Counted from the first letter of the stretch, positions 28,251 to 38,612 are shown. The stretch is DNA of 64,000 nucleotides from Paenibacillus suaedae (GCF_032337355.1 NZ_JAVYAA010000001.1:1253905-1317904); one strand, 5' to 3'. The notes: generated by a model not told the origin, from the sequence alone. Made by a program: numbers and translations.

Positions 28251-28907
28251 TTGGAGATGAAAATTCTTCTAATGGAGGGAAGCATTATCGAAATCTTATC
28301 GAGAGTCAAGGAACTCATGTCCATCAACATCAATAGTCTATTTCAGAAGTCAGAAGATCCTGAGAAAACCATTGATGATTACATGCGGAAGTTGAACGAT
28401 GATCTCGGCAAAGTGAAGGCTGAGACGGCTTCCGTTGTTGCAGCAGAGCAGCGAGCCAAACGAGCATTGGACGAATGCGCAGCAGAAATTGCAAAACTGC
28501 AGCGATATGCGGAGAAATCAGCGGCAGATGGGAATGAAGCAGGGGCACGTACTTTTTTAGAGAAAAAGGCAGTTCATTCGGAAAAGTTGCAGCAGCTGCA
28601 AACGGCTTATGATATGGCAGCTTCAACTGCTTCTCAAATGAAGCAACTGCAGGACAAGCTGGTCTCTGATATCGGCGAGCTGGAGGCGCGGCGTGCAGCA
28701 CTTAAGGGGAAGCTTGCAGCGGCCCAGGTACAGGAACGAATAAATGCAAGCAACTCTATACATGGAGATCAGGCTTCCGCATTCGATGCGATGGAAGACA
28801 AGGTGAACCGTGCTTACGACGAAGCGATGGCGCTTGCTGAACTTCGAGATGAGAAGAAAGACGATTTGGACGAACTGATCGAGCAGTTGAAGAAGAAAAA
28901 GAATTGA
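28251..28907 (+). CDS. pspA: PspA/IM30 family phage-shock protein
   Basis: ILSRVKELMSININSLFQKSEDPEK aligns with the PspA N-terminus [25 protein letters not shown]. Long coiled-coil. Confidence 0.8.
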   Translation: MEMKILLMEGSIIEILSRVKELMSININSLFQKSEDPEKTIDDYMRKLNDDLGKVKAETASVVAAEQRAKRALDECAAEIAKLQRYAEKSAADGNEAGARTFLEKKAVHSEKLQQLQTAYDMAASTASQMKQLQDKLVSDIGELEARRAALKGKLAAAQVQERINASNSIHGDQASAFDAMEDKVNRAYDEAMALAELRDEKKDDLDELIEQLKKKKN

Positions 28908-28958
28908 ATCTCGATTCATAGGCACTACATATAAATAGATACTTTCTATGCTCTAGGG

Positions 28959-30002
28959 GTGAATAGGTTGCCGGTTATTGAATATAAATGCCCGAACTGC
29001 GGTAGCGGGATGGAGTATGATACGTATTCGGAGATGTTAACCTGTCATAGCTGTGGAAGAGAAGACAATGTTCAGGACATGCAGGATCCGATGACCAAAT
29101 ACGTGTTCACAGAGGAAGATGCTGCGGAGGAATATCACTGCCATAGCTGTGGCGCTGTCATTATCACAGAAGCAGAGACGAGCGCAACGAGCTGCAGCTT
29201 TTGTGGATCTGCCGTTGTATTAGGAGATCGATTGACGGGAAATTTGGCGCCGGTGAAGATTATTCCTTTTGCCATTAGCAAGGAAGAAGCAGTGATGGAG
29301 TTCAAAAGATGGTGTGGAAAGGGACTCATTACTCCGAAAGGGTTCATGTCGGCGAATCGAATTAAGGGAATAACGGGGATGTATGTCCCATTCTGGCTCT
29401 ATGATTTGCAGAATGAAATTGAGGTTCATGGCAGAGCCACGAAGGTCAGCAAATACCGCTCAGGCGATTACGATTATACGGAAACAGCACACTATGATTT
29501 CTATCGCGAGATTTGCCTGGACTATATAAAAGTTCCGGTGGATGCTTCGGCAAAGATGACAGATGAACTTATGGATAAGCTCGAACCTTTTCCCTATGAA
29601 AAGCTTGAGAACTTTAAGACTCCATACTTAGCAGGTTATGTTGCTGAAACGTATAGTTATAACGAGGAAGAGCTGCTGCCGCGGGTAAAGGAAAAAATAA
29701 AAGAGTATATTTTTGAATTCATAGATTCAACCGTAACGGAATATACGTCAGCGAAGTATGACAATGTTCATATTCACACGGAGACGCAGCGAGCTGACTA
29801 TGTTCTGCTTCCGGTCTGGGTACTGCATTATGACTATAATAAACTGGAATATACGTTTGCGATGAATGGACAGACGGGCAAGGTGGTCGGCAAGCCCCCG
29901 ATCAGCAAGTCGAAGGTGTTCGCATGGTTTGCGGGATTATCAGCGATATTCTTCCTCGTATTTCAGCTTGTGTCCTATTTATATATAGGGGGGAAACTCT
30001 GA
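28959..30002 (+). CDS. ydjG: YdjG-like protein with two N-terminal zinc ribbons and C-terminal TM helix
   Basis: CPNCG...CHSCG and CHSCG...CSFCG pairs. Its position after pspA matches the B. subtilis pspA-ydjGHI operon. Confidence 0.55.
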   Translation: MNRLPVIEYKCPNCGSGMEYDTYSEMLTCHSCGREDNVQDMQDPMTKYVFTEEDAAEEYHCHSCGAVIITEAETSATSCSFCGSAVVLGDRLTGNLAPVKIIPFAISKEEAVMEFKRWCGKGLITPKGFMSANRIKGITGMYVPFWLYDLQNEIEVHGRATKVSKYRSGDYDYTETAHYDFYREICLDYIKVPVDASAKMTDELMDKLEPFPYEKLENFKTPYLAGYVAETYSYNEEELLPRVKEKIKEYIFEFIDSTVTEYTSAKYDNVHIHTETQRADYVLLPVWVLHYDYNKLEYTFAMNGQTGKVVGKPPISKSKVFAWFAGLSAIFFLVFQLVSYLYIGGKL

Positions 30003-31477
30003 TGAGAAGGCATCGTGTTATCGCTGTCGTCCTGCTGTTCGCAGCATTGCTGCTCGTCATCCCCATGGAGATGATCACGGGAAGTGTCAGTGCGGCTGCC
30101 AAGAATAACAAGCAGTTAATTGATGATTCCGTGGGTGTACTCAGTAAGAAGGAAGTAAAAGAATTGAACGAGTTGGCTAATCGGTATGGATCGGAAATAG
30201 GGATCAATATCATCGGAATTGTAACAGATAAAGATCAAGGGACTTGGGAAGTGCTGCAGGATTTATACGCGAAGAATAACTCCAATGAAGATTTTTCTGT
30301 CAGTAATGCAGCTGTGCTGATTCTGAATACGAATCATGAGAAAATCTACATAAATGTATTTCAAAAGGCGGCAGATCATTTGGACGATGAACGGCTAAGC
30401 AGCATAACCGATATTGTCGCTGATGAATATGGGGAAGGCCGTTTTAAGGCTGCTTTTCAAAGGTATATTGAGTCCGTCTATCAGTATGTAACAGCGGGAT
30501 CGCAAGCAGTTGACTCGGGTAAAAACAGTACCGTTAGCAGTACAATCAGCAGCACGAACGATGGGACTACGTTTACGAGCACGACAACCACGACAAGCAG
30601 TAGCACATCAGGCACAACCAGCAGCACTTTTACGAGCACCTCCACCAGTACTACGAACGGGACTAGCTTTACCAGCTCAAGCAGTGGTGGTAGCACAAGC
30701 GGTGCAATGAATAGTTCTAATCCAAGTATGTTCAAAAAATGGAGCGACGCGAGCAATAAAAAAGGAAGTCAGCTGATCTTCGATGAGGCAAAGCTCCTGA
30801 CTGGGCGAGAATACGAAGAGCTGCAAGAACTGGCTAAGCAGTATAGTGAAGAGCGAAAAACGGACATGATTATTTATACGACAAATGATCCATCTGCTTA
30901 TGACGTAAAGAGAATGACTCAAGACTTCTATGATGAATATGGTCCTGGTTATAAAATGCGTCATGGCAACGCTATCATTTTAATGGTAGACATGACACAT
31001 AGAGAGATATATCTTTCTGGATTCTATAAGGCGAAAGTATATTTCGACGATGATAGATTGGATCAAATCAGAGATAAGATTGCCCCGTATTTAGCGGATA
31101 AGGAATACAAGGATGGATTTTTAACCTATCTGAAGACGGTTCATAAATACATGGGCTACCGCCCAGGAGTGAATCCTGACAATCTCTTATTGAATATATG
31201 GGTTCAACTAGGTGCGGCTTTAGTCATTGGAGGCGGAATCGTTACGCTGCTCGTATATCGTTCCGGCGGACGGGTTACCGTAGATGCTCAGACGTATGAA
31301 GATCCGAACTCAGCAGGTTTGGTTGATTATTCGGATCAATATATCCGTACCTGCACAACAAGAACGAGAAGATATAGCAGCAGCTCCAGCTCCAGTTCAA
31401 GCGGTGGTGGAGGCAGTGGAGGCGGAGGAACGACTTCGGGTGGTCATTCGCATAGCGGCAGCAGAGGATCATTTTAG
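30002..31477 (+). CDS. ydjH: YdjH-like membrane protein with two TPM domains and Gly/Ser-rich C-terminus
   Basis: ATGA start/stop overlap. Signal/TM helix, TPM-like segments, a TM helix and a poly-S/G tail. Confidence 0.55.
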   Translation: MRRHRVIAVVLLFAALLLVIPMEMITGSVSAAAKNNKQLIDDSVGVLSKKEVKELNELANRYGSEIGINIIGIVTDKDQGTWEVLQDLYAKNNSNEDFSVSNAAVLILNTNHEKIYINVFQKAADHLDDERLSSITDIVADEYGEGRFKAAFQRYIESVYQYVTAGSQAVDSGKNSTVSSTISSTNDGTTFTSTTTTTSSSTSGTTSSTFTSTSTSTTNGTSFTSSSSGGSTSGAMNSSNPSMFKKWSDASNKKGSQLIFDEAKLLTGREYEELQELAKQYSEERKTDMIIYTTNDPSAYDVKRMTQDFYDEYGPGYKMRHGNAIILMVDMTHREIYLSGFYKAKVYFDDDRLDQIRDKIAPYLADKEYKDGFLTYLKTVHKYMGYRPGVNPDNLLLNIWVQLGAALVIGGGIVTLLVYRSGGRVTVDAQTYEDPNSAGLVDYSDQYIRTCTTRTRRYSSSSSSSSSGGGGSGGGGTTSGGHSHSGSRGSF

Positions 31478-31498
31478 GGGAGAGACGGAGGTTAATAC

Positions 31499-32503
31499 AT
31501 GTTTTTCAAAAATCAATTTGCAAATGTGGTGGAATGGGAAGAGTTCCGCGATGATATGATCTTTTGGAAATGGGGCAATCGAGAGATCAAAAAAGGAAGC
31601 AAGCTGATTATTCGCGCGGGTCAGGATGCGATCTTCATCAATAATGGTAAAATCGAAGGGATCTTTCAGGACGATGGCGAGTACAGCATTGATTCCGAAA
31701 TCATTCCGTTCCTTTCTACACTCAAAGGTTTTAAGTTTGGCTTCAACAGTGGAATGCGAGTCGAGGTGCTATTCGTTAATACGAAGGAGTTCATGGTCAG
31801 ATGGGGAACGCGAAATCCAATCCTGATTCCTCACCCGAAACTCCCAGGCGGCATGCCAATTCGTGCGAACGGCACGTTCAACTTTAAGGTGAATGATTAT
31901 GTTACCCTGATTGATAAGATTGCCGGAGTCAAAGAGAGCTATCTCGTCGAAGATGTGAAGCTGCGAATCACTTCGATTCTGGATCAGTTGTTAATGAAGT
32001 GGATTGCAAGAGAAGGCAAGGACTTATTCAATTTGCAGGCGAATGCATTTGATATTTCCAGAGGGATAAAGGAAGATCTGGATATGGAAGTAATAAACAA
32101 TGGAATTACTATAACAGGCTTCCAGGTCATGAGCTTCAATTACCCAGAAGAAATCCAAGATATGATCACGAAGACGGCATCCTATGAGATGATTGGCGAT
32201 ATGCAGAAGTATCAGCAAGTTGCGATGACGGACGGGATTGCTTCCGGTGATGTAAGCGGCGGGGGAATGGCCTCAGATATGGCAGGCATGATGATGGGAA
32301 TGAACATGGCGAACGAGATGGTGAAAAATATGAATCAAGACCAGAAGCCGGCAACAGGCGAATCGGCAGCATCATCCGATGCTAGTGCTTCCATTACTTC
32401 TGCTTCTACGGAAGGCAATCAGAAGCCGAACTTCTGTCCGAACTGTGGAGCGAAGAATGAAGGCTCTAATTTCTGTCCGAATTGTGGCCACAAGCTGGGG
32501 TAA
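31499..32503 (+). CDS. ydjI: YdjI-like SPFH/band-7-like protein with C-terminal double zinc ribbon
   Basis: RBS GGAGG. C-terminal CPNCG...CPNCG pair. Operon position. Confidence 0.55.
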   Translation: MFFKNQFANVVEWEEFRDDMIFWKWGNREIKKGSKLIIRAGQDAIFINNGKIEGIFQDDGEYSIDSEIIPFLSTLKGFKFGFNSGMRVEVLFVNTKEFMVRWGTRNPILIPHPKLPGGMPIRANGTFNFKVNDYVTLIDKIAGVKESYLVEDVKLRITSILDQLLMKWIAREGKDLFNLQANAFDISRGIKEDLDMEVINNGITITGFQVMSFNYPEEIQDMITKTASYEMIGDMQKYQQVAMTDGIASGDVSGGGMASDMAGMMMGMNMANEMVKNMNQDQKPATGESAASSDASASITSASTEGNQKPNFCPNCGAKNEGSNFCPNCGHKLG

Positions 32504-32609
32504 CGTCAACCATAATAGATTGTAGAAGTGATAGATAGGTTGTTCCTAAATAGGTACATGACACTGAAACGATAGATAATATACAAAAGATAAAAGGGAG
32601 ATAAATGGA

Positions 32610-32999
32610 ATGACAACAACATATGCATCATTTGCTTGCTGTCTTCAAATGTTTCCGACACCAGATTTGCATCGTACAGCTGAGTACTATGAGAATCTAG
32701 GATACCGTTCGGTCTATTATTTAGAATCTGCTGAACCGCATGTATGCTTGTACCGAGATGCAATGGAAATTGTGTTGACGAAGGGTAATCCAGAGAATTT
32801 CAAACCGAATCGATTGCTCCATGGGTATGGGTACGACGGATACTTTATTACGACAGACCAGCAGGGAATGCTGGAGGAATTGACCGCGAGAGGCGTTAAG
32901 ATTGTGCGTCCACTCACGACAACTGATTATAACAATCGAGAATTCGTATTCGAGGATGTAGACGGAAGATGGATTGCGGTCGGAATGAAGCAATCATAG
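32610..32999 (+). CDS. VOC/glyoxalase-bleomycin-resistance-fold protein
   Basis: 129-aa ORF with RBS AAGGGAG. Fold assignment is by pattern only. Confidence 0.4.
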   Translation: MTTTYASFACCLQMFPTPDLHRTAEYYENLGYRSVYYLESAEPHVCLYRDAMEIVLTKGNPENFKPNRLLHGYGYDGYFITTDQQGMLEELTARGVKIVRPLTTTDYNNREFVFEDVDGRWIAVGMKQS

Positions 33000-33028
33000 T
33001 TTCCAATGGAAATGAGGGTTAGTAAAGA

Positions 33029-33574
33029 ATGCTAGAGCATCAGCTGAAACAATATTTGCGTGAGCATGAAGCGTTCATGCGTGATTTGCGTATCGTTCAG
33101 GATTTACAACTGCCGCAATGCTATATTGCAGCGGGGTACATTCGCAACTATGTATGGGACAAGCTTCATGGGTTCGATAATCGCAGCAGACATAGTGATA
33201 TTGATGTTGTGTATTTTGATCGCGATGATGTATCAGAGGAACGGGATCTTCGCTTGGAGCAAGGGCTGATTCAGCAGACGGGCAATGAGAAATGGTCGGT
33301 CAAAAATCAAGCAAGAATGCACACTCATAATGGAGTAGAACCCTATGCATCAACATGGGACGCACTGTATCACTGGCCAGAAACGGCGACGGCTGTCGGT
33401 GCTCGTCTGGACGAACACGATCAATTGGATATTTGTGCACCGTATGGACTGGAAGATTTATTTCAGCTCGTCGTGAGAAGATGTCCGCAGTTCCCGAATC
33501 ACAGCTATTATGTGGAACGGGTTAGCAAGAAGAATTGGAAGGAACAGTGGCCGCTTCTTACGATCATAGAATAA
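33029..33574 (+). CDS. nucleotidyltransferase family protein (DUF925-like)
   Basis: YIAAGYIRNYVWDKLHGF...SDIDVVYFD. Confidence 0.5.
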   Translation: MLEHQLKQYLREHEAFMRDLRIVQDLQLPQCYIAAGYIRNYVWDKLHGFDNRSRHSDIDVVYFDRDDVSEERDLRLEQGLIQQTGNEKWSVKNQARMHTHNGVEPYASTWDALYHWPETATAVGARLDEHDQLDICAPYGLEDLFQLVVRRCPQFPNHSYYVERVSKKNWKEQWPLLTIIE

Positions 33575-33852
33575 ATGATTGAATATGGAATTTGTGGTTG
33601 AACACGACCATGTTAATTGTAGTATCGTATATAGAGGATAGTTAGTTCATTATATGAGCTACTTTCCTCTATTTTTTGTTCAATAGAAATCTTAACAATA
33701 GCATTAACACTTTGTATAAATTATTTAATATATTGAGGAGAAAGGCTTTCGTTAGGGGGTTGTTGTGAGAGTACAAGAAGTAATTCTTAATGATAATAAA
33801 AAGAGATATAACGAAAATATCAGTAGTATCAAATAGAGATGGGAGCTTAAAG

Positions 33853-34179
33853 ATGGCGAATAGAATTGTTGGAGACTTGGAAAATAAACTAATCATCTAC
33901 GGGTACAGGAAGCCTCTGCGTTCGCATACTTATTTACCTTTTCTTCCTGAGGCAATAGTTGATGAATTTATAGATGCTACAGTGGTACGAGAGCACGCCA
34001 GTAAAGAACAAGAGATTTATCAAATTTATTACTGTTTTGAAGGGGATGGAGAATTCATTTTTCGAATAATTGTCTCGTATCTCGAGGATTCAATCACCAT
34101 CCTTGCAGATGATGCTAATATCGCGGTGCGTGCTTATAAGGCTCTTTGCGAAAGTTTGGCACGATGGAAGTTACATTGA
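33853..34179 (+). CDS. hypothetical protein (AT-rich islet)
   Basis: RBS GGGAG sits 7 nt before ATG 33853. Confidence 0.4.
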   Translation: MANRIVGDLENKLIIYGYRKPLRSHTYLPFLPEAIVDEFIDATVVREHASKEQEIYQIYYCFEGDGEFIFRIIVSYLEDSITILADDANIAVRAYKALCESLARWKLH

Positions 34180-34354
34180 AGCTAATGGGTAATGATAGTA
34201 AAGTTGAGCAAACAACCGCAGCGGTCAGCTTTGTCGTTGAAGTAACTGGCAGGATAGTTGAATGATTTTGCGAATAACTTAAGTCATGACGAATTTACGA
34301 AGTTCGCAAAAAAGACGTTAGCCGAAAGAAGTTCTTAGTTTAGGAGGAGTCTAT

Positions 34355-35125
34355 ATGATATTAGAAAAAGTTATAAATAGAATTGTAATACAAAGTGAAT
34401 ATAAGGATTTTGTTGATAAGTATATAGATAATATACTTACCGAATTTAAAGGTAAGATTCATAGCATTTATATGTGTGGCTCAATTCCAAAAGGAACTGC
34501 TAAACCTTTTAAGTCAGATGCAGACTTTACTATTGTATGTGTAAATCCCAAAGATATTGATTACGAAAGATTGTCAAATATTAAAGACAGGCTTTTGGAA
34601 GAATATCCAGTATTAACTAAGATTGATACGATAATTTGCTCGATTGACGATGTATTAAGTAAACCAAATGATTGGGGTTTTTGGGTAAAGATAATTTGTG
34701 TTTGCATATATGGTCATGACGTTGGTGAAAAAGTACCACCGATAATTATTTCTCCAGAGTTCATTTTAGACTTAAATACAGAGACCAAGAAGGAAGTAGA
34801 TCGTATTCATAGTTTACTTTCTAATGCTAGTGATAACACAATGAAAACTAGATATATTAAAGGTTACTCTAAGAGATTAATTCGTGCATTATACTCTTTG
34901 GTTTTAGAAGATACAGGTGTATGGCAAGATGACATTATTATGATGAAGAATGCCATATTAAACTATTGTGAGATTGACTCCGCTTTAGTTGATTATCTGT
35001 ATGCTTGTTACTTGGATAGTAATAATGTACTTGTTGAAGAGTTTCTGGGAATTGCAGATGAAGTATATAGCTATTTTGAGAACGCGTTAAATGCAATGGC
35101 TGCTTCCAGAACTTCCTTCGACTAA
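34355..35125 (+). CDS. Pol-beta-type nucleotidyltransferase-domain protein (KNTase/ANT-like architecture)
   Basis: Motif GSIPKGTAKPFKSDADFTIV (GS-x9-13-D-x-D) with a helical C-terminal domain. RBS AGGAGG. Confidence 0.5.
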   Translation: MILEKVINRIVIQSEYKDFVDKYIDNILTEFKGKIHSIYMCGSIPKGTAKPFKSDADFTIVCVNPKDIDYERLSNIKDRLLEEYPVLTKIDTIICSIDDVLSKPNDWGFWVKIICVCIYGHDVGEKVPPIIISPEFILDLNTETKKEVDRIHSLLSNASDNTMKTRYIKGYSKRLIRALYSLVLEDTGVWQDDIIMMKNAILNYCEIDSALVDYLYACYLDSNNVLVEEFLGIADEVYSYFENALNAMAASRTSFD

Positions 35126-35329
35126 CACCATATTGACGTTTCGGGTCACTCTGAGAAGCGAGTGACCACATCCAGCCCCCTAAGCCCGTCGGGACGTCAC
35201 TGCATTAGGTGTTCGGCAAGCCTCACAACTATAAGCAGCGACTCTAATTAAAACATAAGACTATTGAGCTAACGGGCAGGTTAGTACAGATATGGTTTTC
35301 CTTTTAATTCAAATAATTGACTTTAAATA

Positions 35330-35602
35330 GCTATTACCGTAGAATGAGGAAAATTACATATTAATGCTTTAATGGAGAAAGTATATCAATTCCTTCTTAC
35401 AGGGAGGAAACGCCCGAGATTGAGAGCGCTTCTAGGGAAAAGGGTTAAATGAAGTTCGCTCCGGAGCAGTCCTTTGAAACCTTTCTAGCTAAGCAGAGGT
35501 GTACCGGTTTAACCGTTATTCATTATAGTGTGAACTTTTAAATAATTTTCTAATATAGGGTGGTACCGCGGCTCCTCGTCCCTTTGGAAGAGGGGCTTTT
35601 TG
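35330..35602 (+). promoter_or_regulatory. T-box riboswitch leader with terminator
   Basis: Canonical T-box sequence AATATAGGGTGGTACCGCGG at 35553-35572, F-box CCGTTA at about 35512, GAGAG element, and a terminator hairpin with T tract at 35573-35602. Confidence 0.6.
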
Positions 35603-35742
35603 TATTCAATGAAGTTATATTCTGCAACATTATCCATTAGATTGCGTTTATCTAACTGAAGGGGAGCGTATCGCAAAGAATTTTCGAAGACAAGAATTGA
35701 GCGAGGGTCAAGAATATGATAGAAACGTGGAAGGAAACATCT

Positions 35743-36528
35743 ATGAAAAAAACAATAATCGCACTAACACTTTCTTTTGTGTGTACCTTACTAATCGGTA
35801 ATCCAACGATAAGCTTCGCCAATAATTTTTCGAATACGGTTGACAATGGAAAAGTTGAAAATGGACGAGTACTGATTCCATTACGTGCTGTTTCAGAAAG
35901 ATTCAATTCAGAAGTGATCTGGAATCAGGCAAAAAAAAGCATTACGATTATTCGTGGCAATCGAGAGCTATTGCTGTATGTTAATTCTCACACTGCTTTA
36001 TTAAATAACGCTGCTTTCAAGCTTGATGTGCCAGCAAAAATTGATAATGGAACAACTTATGTACCAGCACGTGTTTTTGCTGAAGCCTTTGGCGGAACAG
36101 CGCTGTGGTCCGAACAAGAACGAAAAGCAACCATTACGATCGGACAGCAACAGGTCTTTATCCGTACAGAGCCACTCAAGTCTTGGAGAATGAGTCAGGA
36201 GAGAATAGACGTGCTTAATACAAAGATAAATGAAGCCACCGATCTCTCAAGCTATTCGCAAATTCGAACCTATTTCAGACCTTATTTCACGGACGCATTT
36301 ATAAACAAGATTATTTACAGTAATGGCATTAAAAATAACGCTATACTAACAAAAAAGGCCGATATTACCTACGACAGCACCACAGCGGCAGGAATGCACC
36401 AATCTGCTTACCTTGAAAGTGGTCCTATCAATCTCGAGCTCGTTGATCGTTATGTATTCTATAAATTTGTTGATAACCAATGGAAGGTAGACGATGTGAA
36501 TGTGGGCAGACAAATAATTGAGCCATAA
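35743..36528 (+). CDS. secreted protein with copper amine oxidase N-terminal-like stalk domain
   Basis: RBS GGAAGGA 7 nt upstream. Signal peptide. Motif RVLIPLRAVSERFNSEVIWNQ. Confidence 0.6.
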   Translation: MKKTIIALTLSFVCTLLIGNPTISFANNFSNTVDNGKVENGRVLIPLRAVSERFNSEVIWNQAKKSITIIRGNRELLLYVNSHTALLNNAAFKLDVPAKIDNGTTYVPARVFAEAFGGTALWSEQERKATITIGQQQVFIRTEPLKSWRMSQERIDVLNTKINEATDLSSYSQIRTYFRPYFTDAFINKIIYSNGIKNNAILTKKADITYDSTTAAGMHQSAYLESGPINLELVDRYVFYKFVDNQWKVDDVNVGRQIIEP

Positions 36529-36592
36529 TACGGATTAGCAGTCCATTAAGAGGCTATTTCGAGTCAGAGGACAAAAATATACTAACATTTTG

Positions 36593-36625
36593 AAGCCGCT
36601 AATTATGCGGCTTTTTATTTTTATT
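36593..36625 (+). terminator. rho-independent terminator
   Basis: agccgc-taattat-gcggct followed by TTTTTATTTTTATT. Confidence 0.8.
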
Positions 36626-36737
36626 CCCGACTGATTACAAGAACTTTGTTACATTCCCGATATTATGATTTTAAGTGAGTTATGGCGACTGTACGAAGCT
36701 GATAAACGTATCAAGGGCTTTTGTTCAAGTACATTGA

Positions 36738-36908
36738 AAGCCTAGCAGTTTTACCGGGGATCAGGCGCGTACTTATCGTGAGGGAGGCACGGGTCTCGGT
36801 CTGTTCATCGCGAAAAATATCGTGACTCAGCATCAAGGTACGATTACGGCCCAAAGCAGTTCGATTCGCACGCTTTTTGAAATCCGGTTTTCGAAGCTGG
36901 ACCTTTAA
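36738..36908 (+). pseudogene. C-terminal fragment of a sensor histidine kinase (HATPase_c G2 box GGTGLGL)
   Basis: 57 codons, REGGTGLGLFIAKNIVTQHQGTI, with no upstream kinase body. Confidence 0.6.
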
Positions 36909-37261
36909 GGAAAATTTAAACTTAACCCTACTTCTTATTTTATATTTCTGCCCTATTCTTAATGAATGAATGGGAGGAGGAACCAATGAATGAAGAAGTG
37001 GGTTTTTGGTACGGCTTCATTATGACGAGAACGATAAAAAAATGGATCCAAAAGGATGCTTTAGCGGCATTGATGTTTCTCGCCTAAAATCCGAAACAAG
37101 TCCAGTGAAGCGAATGGCAAGGAAACAATGATTCAATCGGATAATCTCTATGAGGAAGACCTGATTATTCTAGAAAGCAGTGAGCCTTTACAAGACGGAA
37201 ACCGTGTTCATTTGCAATAGTTATACATATATGTGATGAAAATTCAGGAGGAATTCATTCA

Positions 37262-38563
37262 ATGAAAAAGTGTTTTTGTATCCTATTTATTGGTATTTTA
37301 ACATTGTCAATGACCGCATGCGGTTCTGGAGGCAGCAATGAATCGGCAAGTACGGAGAAACCGGAAATAAAAGAAGGGAAAACAATCGTTACTTTGGCGT
37401 TGCAGCTATGGCCTACACAATCGAGCACATTTTATAAGACGATAGAAAAAAAGGTTGAAGAAAAGTATCCGGACATCGATCTGCAACTTCAGATTTCAGA
37501 TGATTTTGAAAAATACCAAAAAACGACGAATGCAGCGCTACTATCGGGCAAAGGTCCGGATATTTTCGAAATCAGCAATTTGCCTATCGAAGATTATGTG
37601 AACAAAAAGCTTGTCCTGAACATGGATGAGCTCATCGAGCAAGACAAAACGGTGAATAAAAGCGATTTGCAAATGAACATTTTGGATGCGGTAAAGCTGA
37701 ACGGCGGTTCTTATGCCATGCCCTTAGGGTTCACCCTGCGGACGTTCGTAGGGGATGGGGACATTCTTAAGAACGCGAATGTTGACGATAAGAATTGGAC
37801 ATGGAAGGAGTTCGAAGAGATTTCGAAAAAACTGGGAGATAGCGGCTCGGAACGCCGCTACGCTTTAGCGAATGACCCCCCGGAGCTAATCCTTCAAGAG
37901 CTGATTGTCGATAAATACACGGAATTCGTTGATCCTACAGCGAAAAAAGCCAAATTCGACTCGCCCTTATTTCTGGAAACGATGCAACAAATCAAAAAAA
38001 TGTTTGATGATAAAGTAATGACTTCGGAACCAGCGGATATAGGCAAGCAAATGTTTTATTCTACTGTTTTGCAATCGCCGGCAGAATTAATCAATGGCCC
38101 TCATCTTCTCTTCTCCGATCCGAAGTTGCTGCAAAAACCTGAACAAAAAGGCGGAACGAGGATTGTTGTAGCATCCCGGTTCGCAATAAATGCCAAATCT
38201 CCGGTTAAAGAGGAGGCTTGGAAGGTTATTGCTTACTTGTTATCCGAAGAAGTGCAATCGCTACAAGAGAGAGAAGGGTTTTCACTGCTTAAATCCGTGA
38301 ATGAGAAGCAGTTGAACGACATTCAAGAACAAGTTAAAAGTGGGACGTACAAGCTTCCAGACGGGAAAGCGCCTAAGGTGTCGGACGAAGAGTTCACTCA
38401 GTTCAAACAATTCATTAATACAGCGGATAACTATTCGGATGCGGACGGTCGTGTGATTTCCATTATCGGAGATGAGGTCAGATCATTCTTTAGCGGACAA
38501 AAGTCTGCGGAAGAAGTAGCCAAGCTGATCCAGAACAAGGTGACAACTTTATTAAACGAATAA
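37262..38563 (+). CDS. ABC transporter solute-binding lipoprotein (family 1, carbohydrate-type); orphan
   Basis: Lipobox LSMTAC. 433 aa. No permease genes follow. Confidence 0.7.
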   Translation: MKKCFCILFIGILTLSMTACGSGGSNESASTEKPEIKEGKTIVTLALQLWPTQSSTFYKTIEKKVEEKYPDIDLQLQISDDFEKYQKTTNAALLSGKGPDIFEISNLPIEDYVNKKLVLNMDELIEQDKTVNKSDLQMNILDAVKLNGGSYAMPLGFTLRTFVGDGDILKNANVDDKNWTWKEFEEISKKLGDSGSERRYALANDPPELILQELIVDKYTEFVDPTAKKAKFDSPLFLETMQQIKKMFDDKVMTSEPADIGKQMFYSTVLQSPAELINGPHLLFSDPKLLQKPEQKGGTRIVVASRFAINAKSPVKEEAWKVIAYLLSEEVQSLQEREGFSLLKSVNEKQLNDIQEQVKSGTYKLPDGKAPKVSDEEFTQFKQFINTADNYSDADGRVISIIGDEVRSFFSGQKSAEEVAKLIQNKVTTLLNE

Positions 38564-38612
38564 CATAAGTTCAGTTCTGAACAATTTTGTTAATTAACCG
38601 AAGAAGAGAATC

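Noticed and set aside
28330-28925. Minus-strand ORFs 28330-28701 and 28623-28925 overlapping pspA
   Set aside because: They lie antisense to a well-supported PspA gene, have no RBS and biased low-complexity composition, so they are spurious.
30481-30964. Minus-strand ORFs inside the ydjH-like gene
   Set aside because: They arise from the Ser/Thr/Gly-rich coding repeats on the sense strand and have no independent support.
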